Assembly (NCBI GenBank): GCA_951406725.2
Contig: OX597814.1
Coordinates: forward strand, 189,286,001-189,350,000
Source of the DNA: Octopus vulgaris
Taxonomy: Eukaryota
DNA length: 64,000 nt
Direction: 5' to 3'
The position numbers were made by a program, and so were the translations under genes. Each line of letters starts with the position of its first letter. Position 1 is the first letter of the stretch. The notes below the pieces were generated by a model that ran no database searches, had not been told where the DNA came from, and was given only the letters and a program-made list of their open reading frames with translations. Of the stretch, positions 1 to 14,307 are shown in pieces.

Positions 1-65
1 TGGGTGCATAACTTCTTTCTTCTGTTCCCTTGCCTCTTCGATGTATCGTCAGCGAGTATCAGCCG

Positions 66-702
66 GTGACTGACTGACTTGTCAAACTTTACCCTTTAAA
101 TACCTGCCGCTTGGCTCCAGCAGGCAGCGCCAGCAAGTTGTCACGTGACACTGTCTCACCTTAACTGACCAGTGAAGGCGCGTAGTATTAGCCCGCGCAT
201 TCTCTAAATACTTGTGACGGAGTTCACCCAAGGCGGGTTGAGCCGGCTTCTCTGTTCCTAACGGCATCACGAACCATGGTGGCCCACGCTCGACGATCCT
301 GTGGAGATAGCGAGCCATTCGCCGTTCCATCTGCGCAGATCGACCACCTGCGGACCTGAGAGTTCGGAGAGGTTCTCCTTTATGGTCGTTGCCCAGGTCT
401 TCAGCTGCCCACCCTTGCGTTTGCGCCAGCTGGGCAGTGGAGGTGGGAGGAGGACATCGCGAATCAGCTCACCCTCTGGACACCGGGCCGCATTACCAAA
501 CCACATTAAGCGCCGTTGTAGAAGCACCGAAGGGAGGAGGCCGGAGATTCAGGTGATGACGAAGACCGGCTGTAGGAACCCGATCAATGCGTCGGCAGCG
601 AAGAATGCGGCAGTGACAGTCATTGTCGAACACCTCCACATACGCATTATGGTCACGTTTGGATCGTATTTGATCGAATATCATCAAAGATGCCTAGTTT
701 GA
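66..702 (-). mobile_element. RTE-like LINE 3' fragment (ORF C-terminus, 3' UTR, (CAGT)n tail)
   Basis: Minus ORFs 493-687 and 267-527 give QRRLMWFGNAARCPEGELIRDVLLPPPLPSWRKRKGGQLKTW, matching the RTE C-terminal pattern (R.W.GH..R...R..G...W). They are frameshifted. Tail reads caagtcagtcagtca on the minus strand at ~66-82. Confidence 0.7.
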
Positions 703-1321
703 GGCTCAGTGAAGTTTCTTTTTCATATTCCATCATTAATTTTGGATACTTCCACTCATCTGTGTTATCAATGTCATCCTTCTGCCTGCACATCCATTTA
801 ACAGTCTGTCTATCAACTCAGTAAAACACATTCTACCCTATATCTAATCATAAATTTTATATTATATATTGACCCATTTAATGATCGATGGATCTTTCAT
901 CAATGCATATCTCTCTGACTCTTTCTTCTTCTTCTTTTTCTTTCGCTCTCTCGCTCTCTTCCCCTCCCCCCGTTTATCTCTATGTATCTATCTGTATATC
1001 AATATTTGTACACACACACATATATATATATATATGCATATGATTAAAGTTTATGAATATATATGTATAAATGTGTGTGCGTTTGTGTGTGTGTGTCTAT
1101 AACTATTCATACGTATACATATACACATGCATGTTGAATGTGACTTGGGAAAGAAATCAATACATGTAACTGAATTTAAAATTTATTTCATAAAGAAAAT
1201 GGACACAGTGACTTCAAAGTGTGTATGTGTGTGTGCTCTTGCGTGTGTATGTATATGTGTGTGTGTATATTTGCATGCGCAAACGCACACACACACACAC
1301 ATATATATATATACATTTATA

Positions 1322-1358
<37 letters not shown>

Positions 1359-1594
1359 GCACACACAAACTGTATCAGTATATGTGTATGTGTGTATGCA
1401 TATATCTGCACACACACATGCACACACATACGCACACACACACGTTTCCTTTATTGTAGCATACTTTCTTTCCCTATCACACACACAGATACGCACACAC
1501 TTTCGCTTACATGTGTGCGCGTGAGTGTGTGCGCGCTCGAGCGTGTATGTAGATATGTAAGCGCATGTGCACATGTGTGAATGTGTATCATATT

Positions 1595-1637
<43 letters not shown>

Positions 1638-2181
1638 CAATATAGACGTTTTGAAATACTTTGCTATATTGCATTTTTATGTTACCCTTATAACTTCCAA
1701 CAAAGAAAAAAAAATTGAAACCCTTAATTTTTATTTTTTCACATTCAAAATTGAAATTCAAAATTGAAATTCCTCAAAATATTTTTTTTTTCTTAACATT
1801 CCCCTCGCACACACACACGCTTACAAACATGCACACATATACAAAATCAAACATAAATACACACATATATAGAATCAAACATAAATACACATATATACAG
1901 AATCAAACATAAATACATACAAACACACGTGCGCACATACTCAATATTTCATTGATCAGCGTCAGCTAAATTCAATAGATATCGCTGACAAAGAAAACTA
2001 ATCGTGTAGGCGTCAGTTTAACTTCCAAGCAAAAATTTGGATTGAAAACTCTATTTCTACTCACTAGTTTTGTTACTATACTTTAAGACTTGGTACTACT
2101 GATCGAATAAATATCTAGCGAGAAAACGCTAGTGCTGCAATTCTCAAAACTACGTCACTCATCAGAGTTACAAGGCACTAC

Positions 2182-2195
2182 GTTACCATGGCAAC
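2182..2195. promoter_or_regulatory. RFX X-box motif GTTACCATGGCAAC
   Basis: Matches the palindromic consensus GTTNCCATGGNAAC in non-repeat DNA. A second degenerate site GGTACCATGGCATT lies at 2223-2236. Confidence 0.45.
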
Positions 2196-2436
2196 CATCA
2201 CTACTAGCAGAACTAGTAGCACGGTACCATGGCATTTCAGTCGAGTGTTATGACGAGTCGAAATAGAAAAGATATATTTCGTTCGTTTTTTTTTATTATT
2301 ATTGTTATTATTATTATTTTTAACTTTCGTGAGCAATATGTATCATATATGCATTAACGCGGACATTGTTCTCTCTCGTGGAGATGTTATGTCTATAATA
2401 CATGTGTGTCTGTCTATATATATATGTGTGTGTGTG

Positions 2437-2520
<84 letters not shown>

Positions 2521-2522
<2 letters not shown>

Positions 2523-2712
2523 CATTAACAATTAAGGAACGGCCATAATAGGCCATTCACCCACTAGAAATAACAGCCAAAGCTTCTACCGCAAATAAAG
2601 ATCAATTCCGTAAACAGGAGAAAATTAAAAAAACATTTACCCTGTAATTTCTTGTACGGTATACCGTTTCATCCGCTGTTTAATGGTAAACCTTGCCACC
2701 CTATATTGATTA
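2521..2712 (-). mobile_element. Short insert in (TA)n with the 3' half of a hammerhead (probable PLE 3' fragment)
   Basis: Flanked by (TA)n on both sides. Minus strand reads GAAACGGTATACCGTA, i.e. GAAA, palindromic stem III and GUA. No CUGANGA seen. Confidence 0.35.
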
Positions 2713-2743
2713 ATTATATATATATATACATATACACATATAC

Positions 2744-2774
<31 letters not shown>

Positions 2775-3137
2775 CATATATATATATACACATACATATA
2801 TATGTACACATACATATATATGTATATATATATATACATATACATATGTATGTATGTATGTATGTATATATAAATATATTGATATAGATATATATATATA
2901 TATATATATTCAATACACATATATATGTGCACATCTATCTCTTATAGGAAATAGCATATATTCAATAATAATAATAATAATGATATAATAATAATAATAA
3001 TAATAATGATTATAATGATATTTACTGAAGCTTCAATAGAGATATTGATATTTCAATCATATTATAATATCAAATAACTGAATGTCATACAGTTGATTGT
3101 GTATATGCATGTTTATATGCATGTATATAACTATCTA

Positions 3138-3221
<84 letters not shown>

Positions 3222-3224
<3 letters not shown>

Positions 3225-3440
3225 TAATCTCTCGACTATAGCGGGTGTTACGTTCCAAAACCCTCCGCGATATGTGAAAATCCGCGAAGTAGAAACAGTC
3301 CTGTATATTTTTTAATTATTTTTATACTTTGTATATAATTATTTTATTTTAAATGCAAATCAACACCAAGGAGGAATCGACGGAAGCTTAAGTAATAAAC
3401 TGCGATAGGTGAACCGAGATATGGCGAGGGATGATTACTG
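3222..3440. mobile_element. Tigger/pogo-type MITE
   Basis: Imperfect TIRs cactaatctctcgactatagcgg ... ccgagatatggcgagggatgattactg (CAGT-type ends) in TA/CA-repeat context. Confidence 0.6.
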
Positions 3441-3627
3441 TATATATAAATGCTTTCTCCTTAAGGATGATGATAATAACACTTGTTTCAAACATTGACA
3501 CAAGCCCGGAAATTCTAGCGGAAGGGGTAAATCAAGTGAGAGGCAAATCATGTACATCGACCCCTGTGGTCAACTGGTCATTTTTTTTTTTGAAACCGAA
3601 AGAATGAACAGTGACATCGACATTGAT

Positions 3628-3990
<363 letters not shown>

Positions 3991-4465
3991 ATAAGCACAA
4001 GACCTGAAGATTTAGGGGAGGGGCTAATTGATTATATTGATCCGAGCGTTCAACTGCTACTTAATTTCAATAATGGTTCCAAATTTTGGCACAAGGCCAA
4101 TACTTTCGAGAAAGTTTATTAATCGATTACATTGAAGCTGAGAAGATAAAAAAAAACAAAGTCGACCATGGTGGAATTTGAATTCGAGAGAATACAGACC
4201 CAGTAGAAACGGCGCTAACCAATCTCTGCTATAGACAAAAGGCCTGAAGTTTTGGTGCCAGGGATTAGACGGTTACAGTAGAATTTAATAAAAAAAAAAA
4301 AAATAATGATATTTTCTACTAAATGCACACGGCTTGAAATTTGTAAGAACAAGACGAGTCAATTATACCGACCCAAGTGTTTCCCTGGCACTTAATTTAT
4401 CGACCTTGAAAGGACGAAAAGCACGGTGGAATTTCAACTCAGAAATGCCATTAAGCATTTCATTT

Positions 4466-5140
4466 TGAAATGCAGAGCCGTATTGTCTGATATTGTTCAG
4501 GTAATCCTTTAACTGAATGAATCTGCCTTCCTGAAGATCCATAAGAGGTTGAGGAGGAGCTGATAGTGCTGGTAATCTTACCTTACCGCCTGAGCAGCGC
4601 AGGCTATTAGTTTCATTTGGAAAAATTAAAGCTTTGCAGAAACGACAATTTGAGTTTAGCACACCAATTTGGACAAAATCATTTTTATAAGAATGGGATG
4701 GATCATATCTGAAAGCAGCTCCTGGAGTTGGGAAGAACGAATTTGTACGTAGTCTGTTTCTGAGAACTATTCTATTGGACCTCTGTCTAATCATTGAAAC
4801 GTTGTCTTAATGATGCAGCATTAAGTGCTGCAGCATGCATTTGCTGATCTTGGGAAAGCCTCATCAGCCTTCTGTTTTGAGACTCCGTCTGCCGAGCTAC
4901 AGCATTCCAATATTCATCTCCCTTCTGTATTGAGATTTCATCTGACGTGTTGCAGCATGCTTTTCCTGATATTAAGAAAGTCTCATCTCCTTTCTATCTT
5001 GAGACTCTATCTGACGTGCTGCACCAAGCCTTTGCTGATCTTGGGAAAGTCTCATCTCCCTTCTCTTTTCAAACTCTCGCCTCCGGTTTTCTAGAATCTT
5101 CCTTGCTTTATACTTGTTTCTGGAGAATTAAATGCTAATT
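4466..5140 (-). mobile_element. Helitron Rep/helicase N-terminal pseudogene fragment
   Basis: ORF 4363-4794 contains AAFRYDP..VQIGVLNSNCRFCKALIFPNETNSLRCSGGKVRLPALSAPPQPLMDL..YLNNIRQYGSAFQ, the Helitron Rep Zn-finger region (IG.M..C..C.A...E....CC..GKV.LP..NIR.YNSAFQ). Upstream degenerate ~60-66 bp repeats at 4825-5095. Confidence 0.8.
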
Positions 5141-5399
5141 TAAGGGTAAATATAATTATAAAAACCTTGCCGCATTGCAGCTATTGCGATACTTATTAAC
5201 TGGTAATTGGACAGTAAATGTGTATTTTTATACACCTTGGACCTGCCACCTCATTGTTTTTTGTCAAGAGTTTCATCTCCAGCCATTCGTTATGTCAATC
5301 AACATATACACAGACACACCATTCCGCTGTGGTGGCCATAAAGACTGAAAGTTACCGATGCGTAATGTTGTTCACATTAGGATGTAAATAATTCATTTA

Positions 5400-5783
5400 T
5401 CTCTGTCTATATAAACTGCAGTTTGTCTGTGCGTGTTTCTGTGTGTCTGTTTGCTTGTACCCTCACCCTGACCACGGCTTTCAACCGATTCTGATGAAAC
5501 TTGACACACACATAGCCCAATGTCATAATTCAAAACTAACGCAGCGAAAATTTTGAAAAGTTCCCCAAGTTCTGAAAAAAATCGATAAATTCGACATGGG
5601 GTCGAGAATCAGAAACACAAACCGCAAACTGTCTAGGGGACGCAACTCCACCTTTTTTTACTCTCAAAAAAAATTTACCATCATTTTTTTCCATTTTTTT
5701 GCTATTTTTTGGCTATAACTCTCTAAAAATGCTTTATAGTTATTTCCCTTACAAACCTGAGCAACGCCGGGCGATACTGCTAG
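5400..5783 (+). mobile_element. Non-autonomous Helitron
   Basis: 5' TC after A, 3' hairpin cctgagcaacgccggg then CTAG before T. The 3' ~130 bp is shared with 51231-51616. Confidence 0.8.
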
Positions 5784-5984
5784 TTTAAAATAAAATAGAA
5801 ACAAGATGATCTTAGCGTTATCATATTAGAATTAAAAGAGGAGGAATAAAAGTGAAACAATATAATAGGCTTATCACATTAGAATTAAAAGTGAAAGAAT
5901 AAAAGTGAAACTATTATATCACATTACAAAATAGATGTTATTCTTTCACTTTTGACATGTAATACCGAATCAGTGCCAATGTTA

Positions 5985-6105
5985 TATTGTCTTAATCCAA
6001 ATAAAAATTACATGATGACACTCGTGGGGTCTGGTACTATTACCATGTAAAATTTGATTTGATTTGGTCGATCCGTTTGAGAATGCATAAGGAACAGACA
6101 GACAA

Positions 6106-6115
<10 letters not shown>
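5985..6115 (-). mobile_element. Helitron-type 5' end fragment
   Basis: Minus strand tatataaaattatttgtctgtctgttcc...aaacggatcgaccaaatcaaatcaaattttacatgg resembles the 5' module of the 5400 element. It may be the 5' end of the Rep-bearing copy. Confidence 0.4.
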
Positions 6116-6189
<74 letters not shown>

Positions 6190-6355
6190 CTTAATTTGTG
6201 TTGCAAGGTTCCTGGTGAGAAATCGTGTGTTGAAACCGATATATTTCGGGATGGTCTTTTTTTGCCAAATAAAAACATGCGTTATATTGTGTGTGTATTT
6301 ATTTGGCGAAAAAAAGTATGACCATCACGAAATACAACAACATGTATATATATAT

Positions 6356-6558
6356 AAAGTTAATCCAAACATGAAAACACAAAGAGAAAACACAACAACG
6401 CGAGGACGTTGAGCAAAAAATAGCATTATTGGACGCTCAGGAAGGAAGGGAAGGAGGATTTAACATTTCGAGCGGAGCTCTTCGTCGGAAACATAGGAGA
6501 AGGAAAGATCCAGAGAAGGGAAGACAGGGAAAAAATCGCCAACGGTACACACGCGGTC
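6356..6558 (-). mobile_element. ~200 bp HHR-bearing non-coding unit, family A (mini-PLE/retrozyme-like)
   Basis: Homologous to 51037-51230 and 49145-49310. Abuts TA repeats. HHR core at 6458-6492: gttt CCGACGA AGAGC tcc GCTC GAAATGTT aaat. Confidence 0.7.
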
Positions 6559-6559
6559 G

Positions 6560-6780
6560 TTGTTGGGATTCAAGGGCCACGGCTATTTAAGACCTTGCCA
6601 AAACATATGAGAGGTCTACATGGAGTGGGGGTTGATGCTTTAAAGAAGCAGCTTGAACTCCTTGTGCCCAATGTCCTAGATCAGCTTATATCACAGCAAG
6701 AAACTCAAAAGAGGGCGGCGATATCAAGCTACCCCTTCACCAGAAGCCAATTACATAAGAATGGCCATTGAAAACGTGAT
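6560..6780 (+). mobile_element. Degenerate CR1/L2-group LINE 3' fragment
   Basis: Reads GFKGPRLFKTLPKHMRGLHGVGVDALKKQLELL, homologous to GFRGPQLFNILPKNLRELHGVDADVFKMKLDLFL at 21997-22242. Confidence 0.65.
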
Positions 6781-6864
6781 AGTGCAGGCGGTGTCCATCA
6801 TGGGTAGAGTTTTGGGGCTGAACGCATAAAAGAATAAAAGAACACATACATATATTTACATACG

Positions 6865-6902
<38 letters not shown>

Positions 6903-8699
6903 CGGCTTATATGCTGACGTTCTACATGAATAGCGCGGCAGAGCAACACTGATATACTGAAACCAATATCCAGAAATCATGTAATATGGACGATAAATGA
7001 TGCCCGTGTCAAGCGTTCCTTTGGAAACTACCCTATATTTTATTAGAAAGTCTCGCAGTACCTCCTAGAAAATATAACTGGAGACAAAATAAAGCAGCAA
7101 AACTCTTCTTTCTGTGTTTGTCGAACCAATTAGCTTTTAAAAAAAGGCCCACCTCCCTGGCGTGCAAATGAGCCTTTGACCTCACTTAGAAAATGGCAGT
7201 GTGAAAACAGTATGTAATTTTTTCAGTATATAGGCAGACGGCCATATTACAAATACTAATCATGGTATAATTCTCCACAACAAATATGACAATAGCGTAT
7301 TAATTACAGACATAGCACAACTAGCCAAATTGGCATAATGTTGTAGAGAAGAGAATTGAAAAGCAAAGTAATTACACCCACCTAAACGTTGAATCAAATC
7401 ATTATATGTCATTTAAGCAAAGGGAATATGATTCCATTTGTAACTGGCACAAATGGACTGATACACAACTATGTCGATAAAACCATTTACAGATTTACCT
7501 ATATAGACGAAGGTACATTTCAAAAATAAGTTCTGTAGACATTTTTATGGTATTCTCTTAACATTTTTGAAACTTTGCGAAGTCTTTCGTACTCTGAATA
7601 TTCTCTTTAACGCTTGATATCCTGAAAAAAAAATCTTGTTTATTTTCCATTGAATATTTGATGCCAACCTTGAATATTTCTGAGTATATATTAGGAGATG
7701 TCTTCTATTCATGGCTCAACAAAGTAAATTCTCGATGCATTTTAAAGCTACGTATTATAATAAAAGTCCTTTCCAATATAGACACAACACCCGAATTTTC
7801 GGGGAAGTGGCAAAGTCGATTACATCGAGTCCAGTGCTCAAGAAGGATGTAAAGAAAAGTCGATCTCGGCGGTATTTGAACACAAACCGGGACGAAATTC
7901 CGATGCCGGTGATGATGATGACGACAATGACGACGACGACGAATTAGCGCAAATGAGGCACAGGTAGGTGAGAGAGATGTACAATCTGAGAGGTTACAAG
8001 AGGCAGTAAAAATTTCGATAAGTAATGGGCAAAATGCGCAGTGAATAATACATAAAGTATACAGTCAAAAGGAATGAATTCTTTTATCAAAGAAGAGTAA
8101 GAAACAATGTAAAAAAAAAACAAGAAAAGAAGCGATACCTACATGCCGCACGTATGCGGATGCGCCATTTTGTATGCGTATGTAAGAAATACATGAATCA
8201 ATGGAACAAGAGAGAGGGGGGAGAGGGGGAAAGAAAGGATGACGGAGGAATTTTTAATTAGGATATCACGACCTTTGTTATTATAATATTCTTTAGTTTA
8301 CCCTACAGTCCAGTTCGATCAACGATTTAAGGTTTGAAACCATTCAAGTTTCAATTTCGCTCTCTTACTCTTTCCTTCTTCTCCCTCCTTTTCTTCTTCT
8401 CTTTCATCATCTTCTTCTCCATCATCTTTTTCTTCTCCTTCTCCTTCTTCTTCTTCTTCATCTTCTCCATCTTCTACTTCTTCTCCTTCTCCATCTTCTT
8501 CTCTCATTAACTCTTAATCTTCCTCTTTTTCCAGTTCCTGTTTTCCACTTACTCACCTGATTGATTCCCCACCCACCTAAGGGAAGGATAATATGTGGAC
8601 CCTTAAAATAGTGAAGCTGATTGTTATCAACCTTTACATTGTAACCTTTACAAAATTGCCTTTCTGACATAGAAAGAATATCTTTTTAAAATTATTAAC

Positions 8700-9290
<591 letters not shown>

Positions 9291-9569
9291 CAGAACGCCC
9301 TTAGTGGTAAATGATTAATTAAGCTAATAGTGAACCAGTGAAAGCAGCAAAATGCTAGTTTCATTCGAAGTAGCGTACGTACGGTGCTGGCTTTCTCGTT
9401 CATATGACTACTATAGTTAGATGCATTGCGTTCAAGTGACAAGAGAAATTGTACTAAAACACGGTTGAGGTAAAGTTTAGAAACAAAACCCCACAGTTTT
9501 AAAGTTAAGTGTGATAATCTTTTCCACTATGAGCACGTAGCCTGAAATTCGAGAGAATAATAATCCGAT

Positions 9570-9758
9570 ATTTTGGAGGAGTAGAATAGTCGATCACGGC
9601 GACCCCAGTGCTTAACTTGTAGTTATTTTATCGACCCCCGAAAGGAGGAAAGGCGATGTAGGAGCTCGGCGGGATTTGGAGTCAGAACTTTTAAAGACGG
9701 AAAAAATGCCGATAAGCATTTTAATCGGCACTCTAAAAATTCTGACAGCTCACCGTCA
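9570..9758 (-). mobile_element. Degenerate SINE family 1 copy
   Basis: gaccccagtg...ttatcgacccccgaaagga...cggcgggatttggagtcagaac is similar to 12157-12386. Confidence 0.6.
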
Positions 9759-9837
9759 TATAAATATATATATATATATGTATATATAAATAAATATATA
9801 TATATGTATATGTGTGTCTGTGTGTATAATTGCATAT

Positions 9838-9850
9838 AAATAATAATAAC

Positions 9851-9882
<32 letters not shown>

Positions 9883-10028
9883 TAATAATGATAATAACAA
9901 TAATAATAATGATAATAACAATAATAAAAAGGATAATAACAATAATAATAACAATAATAATAAGGATAATAACAATAATAATAATAACGATAATAACAAT
10001 AATGATAATAATGATAATAATAATAATA

Positions 10029-10080
<52 letters not shown>

Positions 10081-10148
10081 TAATAATAATAATAATAATA
10101 ATGATAATAATAATAATAGTAATAATAATAATAATGGTAATAATAATG

Positions 10149-10221
<73 letters not shown>

Positions 10222-10228
10222 TCATAAT
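9838..10228. repeat. (AAT)n microsatellite
   Basis: Direct reading. Confidence 0.95.
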
Positions 10229-10573
10229 ATTTCTTCGGAAAAAGTGTAGAAAGTTATGATGAGATTTTTCACTTACGACTGAAGAAAGACGTTTGAGATT
10301 AGAAAAAAATAGAGAAAATAAAGAATAATAATAAAAAAAAAGAACTGAAATTCATATCGATATCGTCACTCAGATAGCATGGTGAAAATCACACGTGAAA
10401 ATTTCATGAACGAGATTTATTTAATATTTTCATTTAGAAGCAGTTCTTTAATTTTTTTGTAATGCCTTTGTGGGGAAATTATTTTAGTATATAACCACAC
10501 GCCTGAAATGTAGAACATGTGTGTTTGTTGTGCATTACCACACTCACGTTTTCATATATATATAATACATACA

Positions 10574-10650
<77 letters not shown>

Positions 10651-10754
10651 ATAGATATACAGATGCATGCACGTATATATATATATGTGTATGTGTGTAT
10701 GTGTGGGTGTGCGTGTGTATGTATGTATACAGATTTACAAAGAGAGAGGAAGAG

Positions 10755-10802
<48 letters not shown>

Positions 10803-10864
10803 TGTGTGTGTATGTGTGTGTGTGTATGTATGCCTGTATGTATATGTGTGTATGTCTCCTTTCT

Positions 10865-10905
<41 letters not shown>

Positions 10906-10963
10906 TGAGAGGGAAAGAGTCGGATGTGCGTGCATGCGTCTGTGTGTGTGTGTGTGCGTGTAT

Positions 10964-11002
<39 letters not shown>

Positions 11003-11139
11003 CGTACGTGAGTTTGCGTGTATATGCCAGCTTGGATTTCAACGCTGATGTCAGCAGTTATTTATAAGGTCACGGTGAACTTAAGATGTACACGCAGTTA
11101 CATAGTAGGAGCAGGTAATAAAGTTACTGGTAGCTGTGG

Positions 11140-11800
11140 TGATAACGATGGTGTTGTTGTTGTTGTTGATGGTGGTGGTGGTGGTAGTGGTGGTGGTGGT
11201 GGTGATGATGATGATGATGATGACGATGATGATGGTGGTGGTGGTGGTGGTGATGATGATGACGATCATGATGACGATGATGATGGTGGTGGTGAGAAGT
11301 GGTGGTGGTGGTGGTGAGAAGTGGTGGGGGCGCGAAGGAAGCACTGAAGAGCAGAATGAAGAGGGATATAACGTGAGGAAGAAACGGAAAGAATTTGAGA
11401 ATAGTCATTGCGGTGATGGTGTTGATCATGAGAGCGGCAATGGTGGCGGCGAGGGCGGTGATGAAGGCGAGGTCGGTGCAGTGGAGCTGCGAAGGCGACC
11501 GTAGCTGCGGCAGCGGTGGTTATGGTGGAGGTGGTGGAGACGGTGGAGGAGGTGGCCGCAGCGGCAGCGACGGTGACAGCTACGGCGGTAGAGACGTCAG
11601 CAGAGGCACAGGGGGTAGCGCTGGTTGCAATGACGGCAATGGCGCATCGGCGACGAGAGAATTGACGGCAGTGGCGGCAGCGGTGGTAGTGGTGGTTTTA
11701 AGAGATAATAGTGTTGGATATGGTGGTGGTAGTAGTAACGGTGGTGGTGTTTATGTTTGTGGGGGTGATGAGTGTTGTGGTAAGAATGGTGATCGGCGTT
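11140..11800. repeat. Degenerate (GGT)/(GAT)/(GGC) triplet-derived G-rich tract
   Basis: Triplet periodicity decays into GC-rich low-complexity sequence. Confidence 0.75.
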
Positions 11801-12156
11801 TGTAGAAATAGTAACTTTAATTATCTCTATGGAAGCTTTGCTAGTCTTGATGGCATGAACGTTTCTGGTCTGGTTGATCATTGTATTTGATTCTCAGTCA
11901 ACTCAAAGGTGTACTTCTTGCGATCATCTTGTCTTTTATCGTGGTGCACATTGACCAATGCGTCCTTCTCAGTTTAAGAGAGCAAAGGGAGATGAGATTT
12001 TGCACCTATTTTCAGTAATTTCAGAGACCTTCCAGGATAAATTTCGCGGGTCTTCAATCCCGCTCAGTCCAGCCTTCCCCAGCTCAGTTTTCCCTTTTAG
12101 CTTTCTGTGGTTAATAAAATATAATACGAGACAAGTATTGGAATCGATGTAATCTG

Positions 12157-12386
12157 TTTCTTTATTACCCACAAGGGGCTAAACATAGAGGGGACAAACA
12201 AGGACAGACAAACGGATTAAGTCGATTACATCGACCCCAGTGCGTAACTGGTACTTAATTTATCGACCCCGAAAGGATGAAAGGCAAAGTCTACCTCGGC
12301 GGAATTTGAACTCAGAACGTAACAGCAGACGAAATATGGCTATGCATTTCGCCCGGCGTGCTAACGGTTCTGCTAGCTCCTCGCCT
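12157..12386 (-). mobile_element. SINE family 1 (tRNA-derived), full length with 19-bp TSD
   Basis: B-box GAGTTCAAATTC on the minus strand. TSD TATTGGAATCGATGTAATC at 12136-12154 and 12387-12405. Confidence 0.85.
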
Positions 12387-12453
12387 TATTGGAATCGATG
12401 TAATCGACTAGCTCTCACCGACTGGAAATGCAGACCTTGTGCCAAAATTTGAA

Positions 12454-12532
<79 letters not shown>

Positions 12533-12537
12533 TTATT

Positions 12538-12825
12538 GAGTGAGAGAGCAGTGCATGCCAGCAAAGTGACACTGGGTTACAAACATACGAATATCATGAA
12601 TACCCGTCTGATAAGGGTACACCAGGCACATGCATCACAACCATATGTGCGCGAAATGGTGACCTCATATCAAGATAATCAGCGCATGACCTTGCAGGTG
12701 GGGCCCAGTTAGAATTTTCTTCTGGTCGAGTAGCCCATCCCGCTCAAAAGGTCGTTGAATAAGGATTGTTTAAGGATGTTGAACGAACCACCCATGTTTC
12801 GAAAGGTGAATTATCCAAACCTCCA
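12538..12825 (-). mobile_element. LINE 3' UTR inserted in (TAA)n, probable Dong/R4
   Basis: Near-identical to 38082-38380. Both copies end exactly at an (ATT)n tract, and TAA-repeat targeting is known for Dong elements. No coding part visible. Confidence 0.55.
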
Positions 12826-13143
12826 TGTGCCTCCACTAGACAGGCGAAATACCTATTTCTTTACTACCCATAGGGGCTAAACACAGAGAGGACAAGCAAT
12901 GACAGACAAACAGATTAATTTGAACTCAGAACGTAACGGCAAACGAAATACCACTATGCATTTTGCCCGACGTTCTAACGATTCTGCCAGGTCACCGCCT
13001 TTCTTGAAAGTGCTGGTATCTATAGATATGGTTGTTCTGTATTCAATTCAAAGGTTGTTCTATTTTATTAAGAGTCTGCTACGTGAAACGTATCACGTGC
13101 CTGATATTACTAAGTTCGAACATTTTGAAATGACTTAAAACTC

Positions 13144-13214
<71 letters not shown>

Positions 13215-13469
13215 TGTGTGTGTGTGTGTGCGTGTGCGCGAGTGTTTTATTGCTAACGTCGTTGTTATTGCTGCTGTTGCTGTTGCCTTATGGTTTCATA
13301 ATGATATAATTTATTCTGATCTCATTGTCAGTCTTTCTATCACTGTTATTTCAAACCAGCGCTTGTGTTCTCATGGATTCAGTTAAATTATCAAATTGCC
13401 AGGTGCTTCGTTTGAAAAACTCAGTCTATCTCTCAGAGTAATACGTTGCATCTTTGTCACTGTCCAGTT

Positions 13470-13690
13470 GTTTGTTTCATTACTCCGATGGACTATTCAG
13501 TCATGTTCAGAGTGCATACAAGCATATGGTGGCGTTATACTACAAGGACGATAGCAGAGCTTGAAGCAGTCCAACGACATTACACAAAGAAAGTTGCATC
13601 AATGAAACGATTGAGTTACTGGAACAGGATGAAAGAGCTGCGACCCTATTCCCTGGAACGAAGGCGGGAGAGGTATGCAGTGATATATAT
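13470..13690 (+). mobile_element. CR1/L2-group LINE ORF2 fragment
   Basis: IAELEAVQRHYTKKVASMKRLSYWNRMKELRPYSLERRRERYAVIYI matches LE.VQR..T....Y.ERL..L..SL.RRR. Confidence 0.8.
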
Positions 13691-13691
13691 C

Positions 13692-13912
13692 TCTTTCTCT
13701 CTTTTACTTGTTTCAGTCATTTGACTGCGGCCATGCTGGAGCACCGCCTTTAGTCGAGCAAATCGACCCCGGGACTTATTCTTTGTAAGCCCAGTACTTA
13801 TTCTATCGGTCTCTTTTGCCGAACCGCTAAGTGACGGGGACATAAACACACCGGCATCGGTTGTCAAGCAATACTAGGGGGACAAACACAGGCACACAAA
13901 CACATACACACA
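13692..13912 (-). mobile_element. SINE family 3, 3' half
   Basis: Reverse complement of 43600-43803. Confidence 0.85.
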
Positions 13913-13981
13913 CTTGTAACTTTTACTTTTTCAGTCATTTTATTACGGCCATGTTGATGTGCCGCCTTGAAGGGTTTAGTC

Positions 13982-14307
13982 CAGAGGTTGGAGAACATTT
14001 TTAAGCCAATTACTCCAAAATATATTTATTTGTGCCGACGTTAACGTCTTAATTTGAAGGGAAGAACATCGTAGATTCTTTGAATTCAAAACGTTTATTG
14101 AATCTATTTTATTGAATCTACTTATATGAATCTATGTACACGTCCATTACATTGAACAAATGTAGTGTTGCCAGAAGAAAAATGTCTGTCGTAACAAGGA
14201 ACACGTCTTTTAATATAATTTTGCTTATGTCTAATGAGTCCTCATTACCCCAAAGAATTTCATTTTTACACCACTTGGGGTAATGTAGTCCGATTCGCCG
14301 ACCCTTG
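13982..14307. mobile_element. hAT (Charlie-like) MITE with 8-bp TSD inside a SINE 3 copy
   Basis: Ends cagaggttggagaa ... ttcgccgacccttg. TSD GTTTAGTC at 13974-13981 and 14308-14315. The SINE sequence resumes after it. Confidence 0.8.

Noticed and set aside
11136-11881. Gly-rich protein exon
   Set aside because: Derived from decayed GGT/GGC triplets, with no consistent frame or splice signals.
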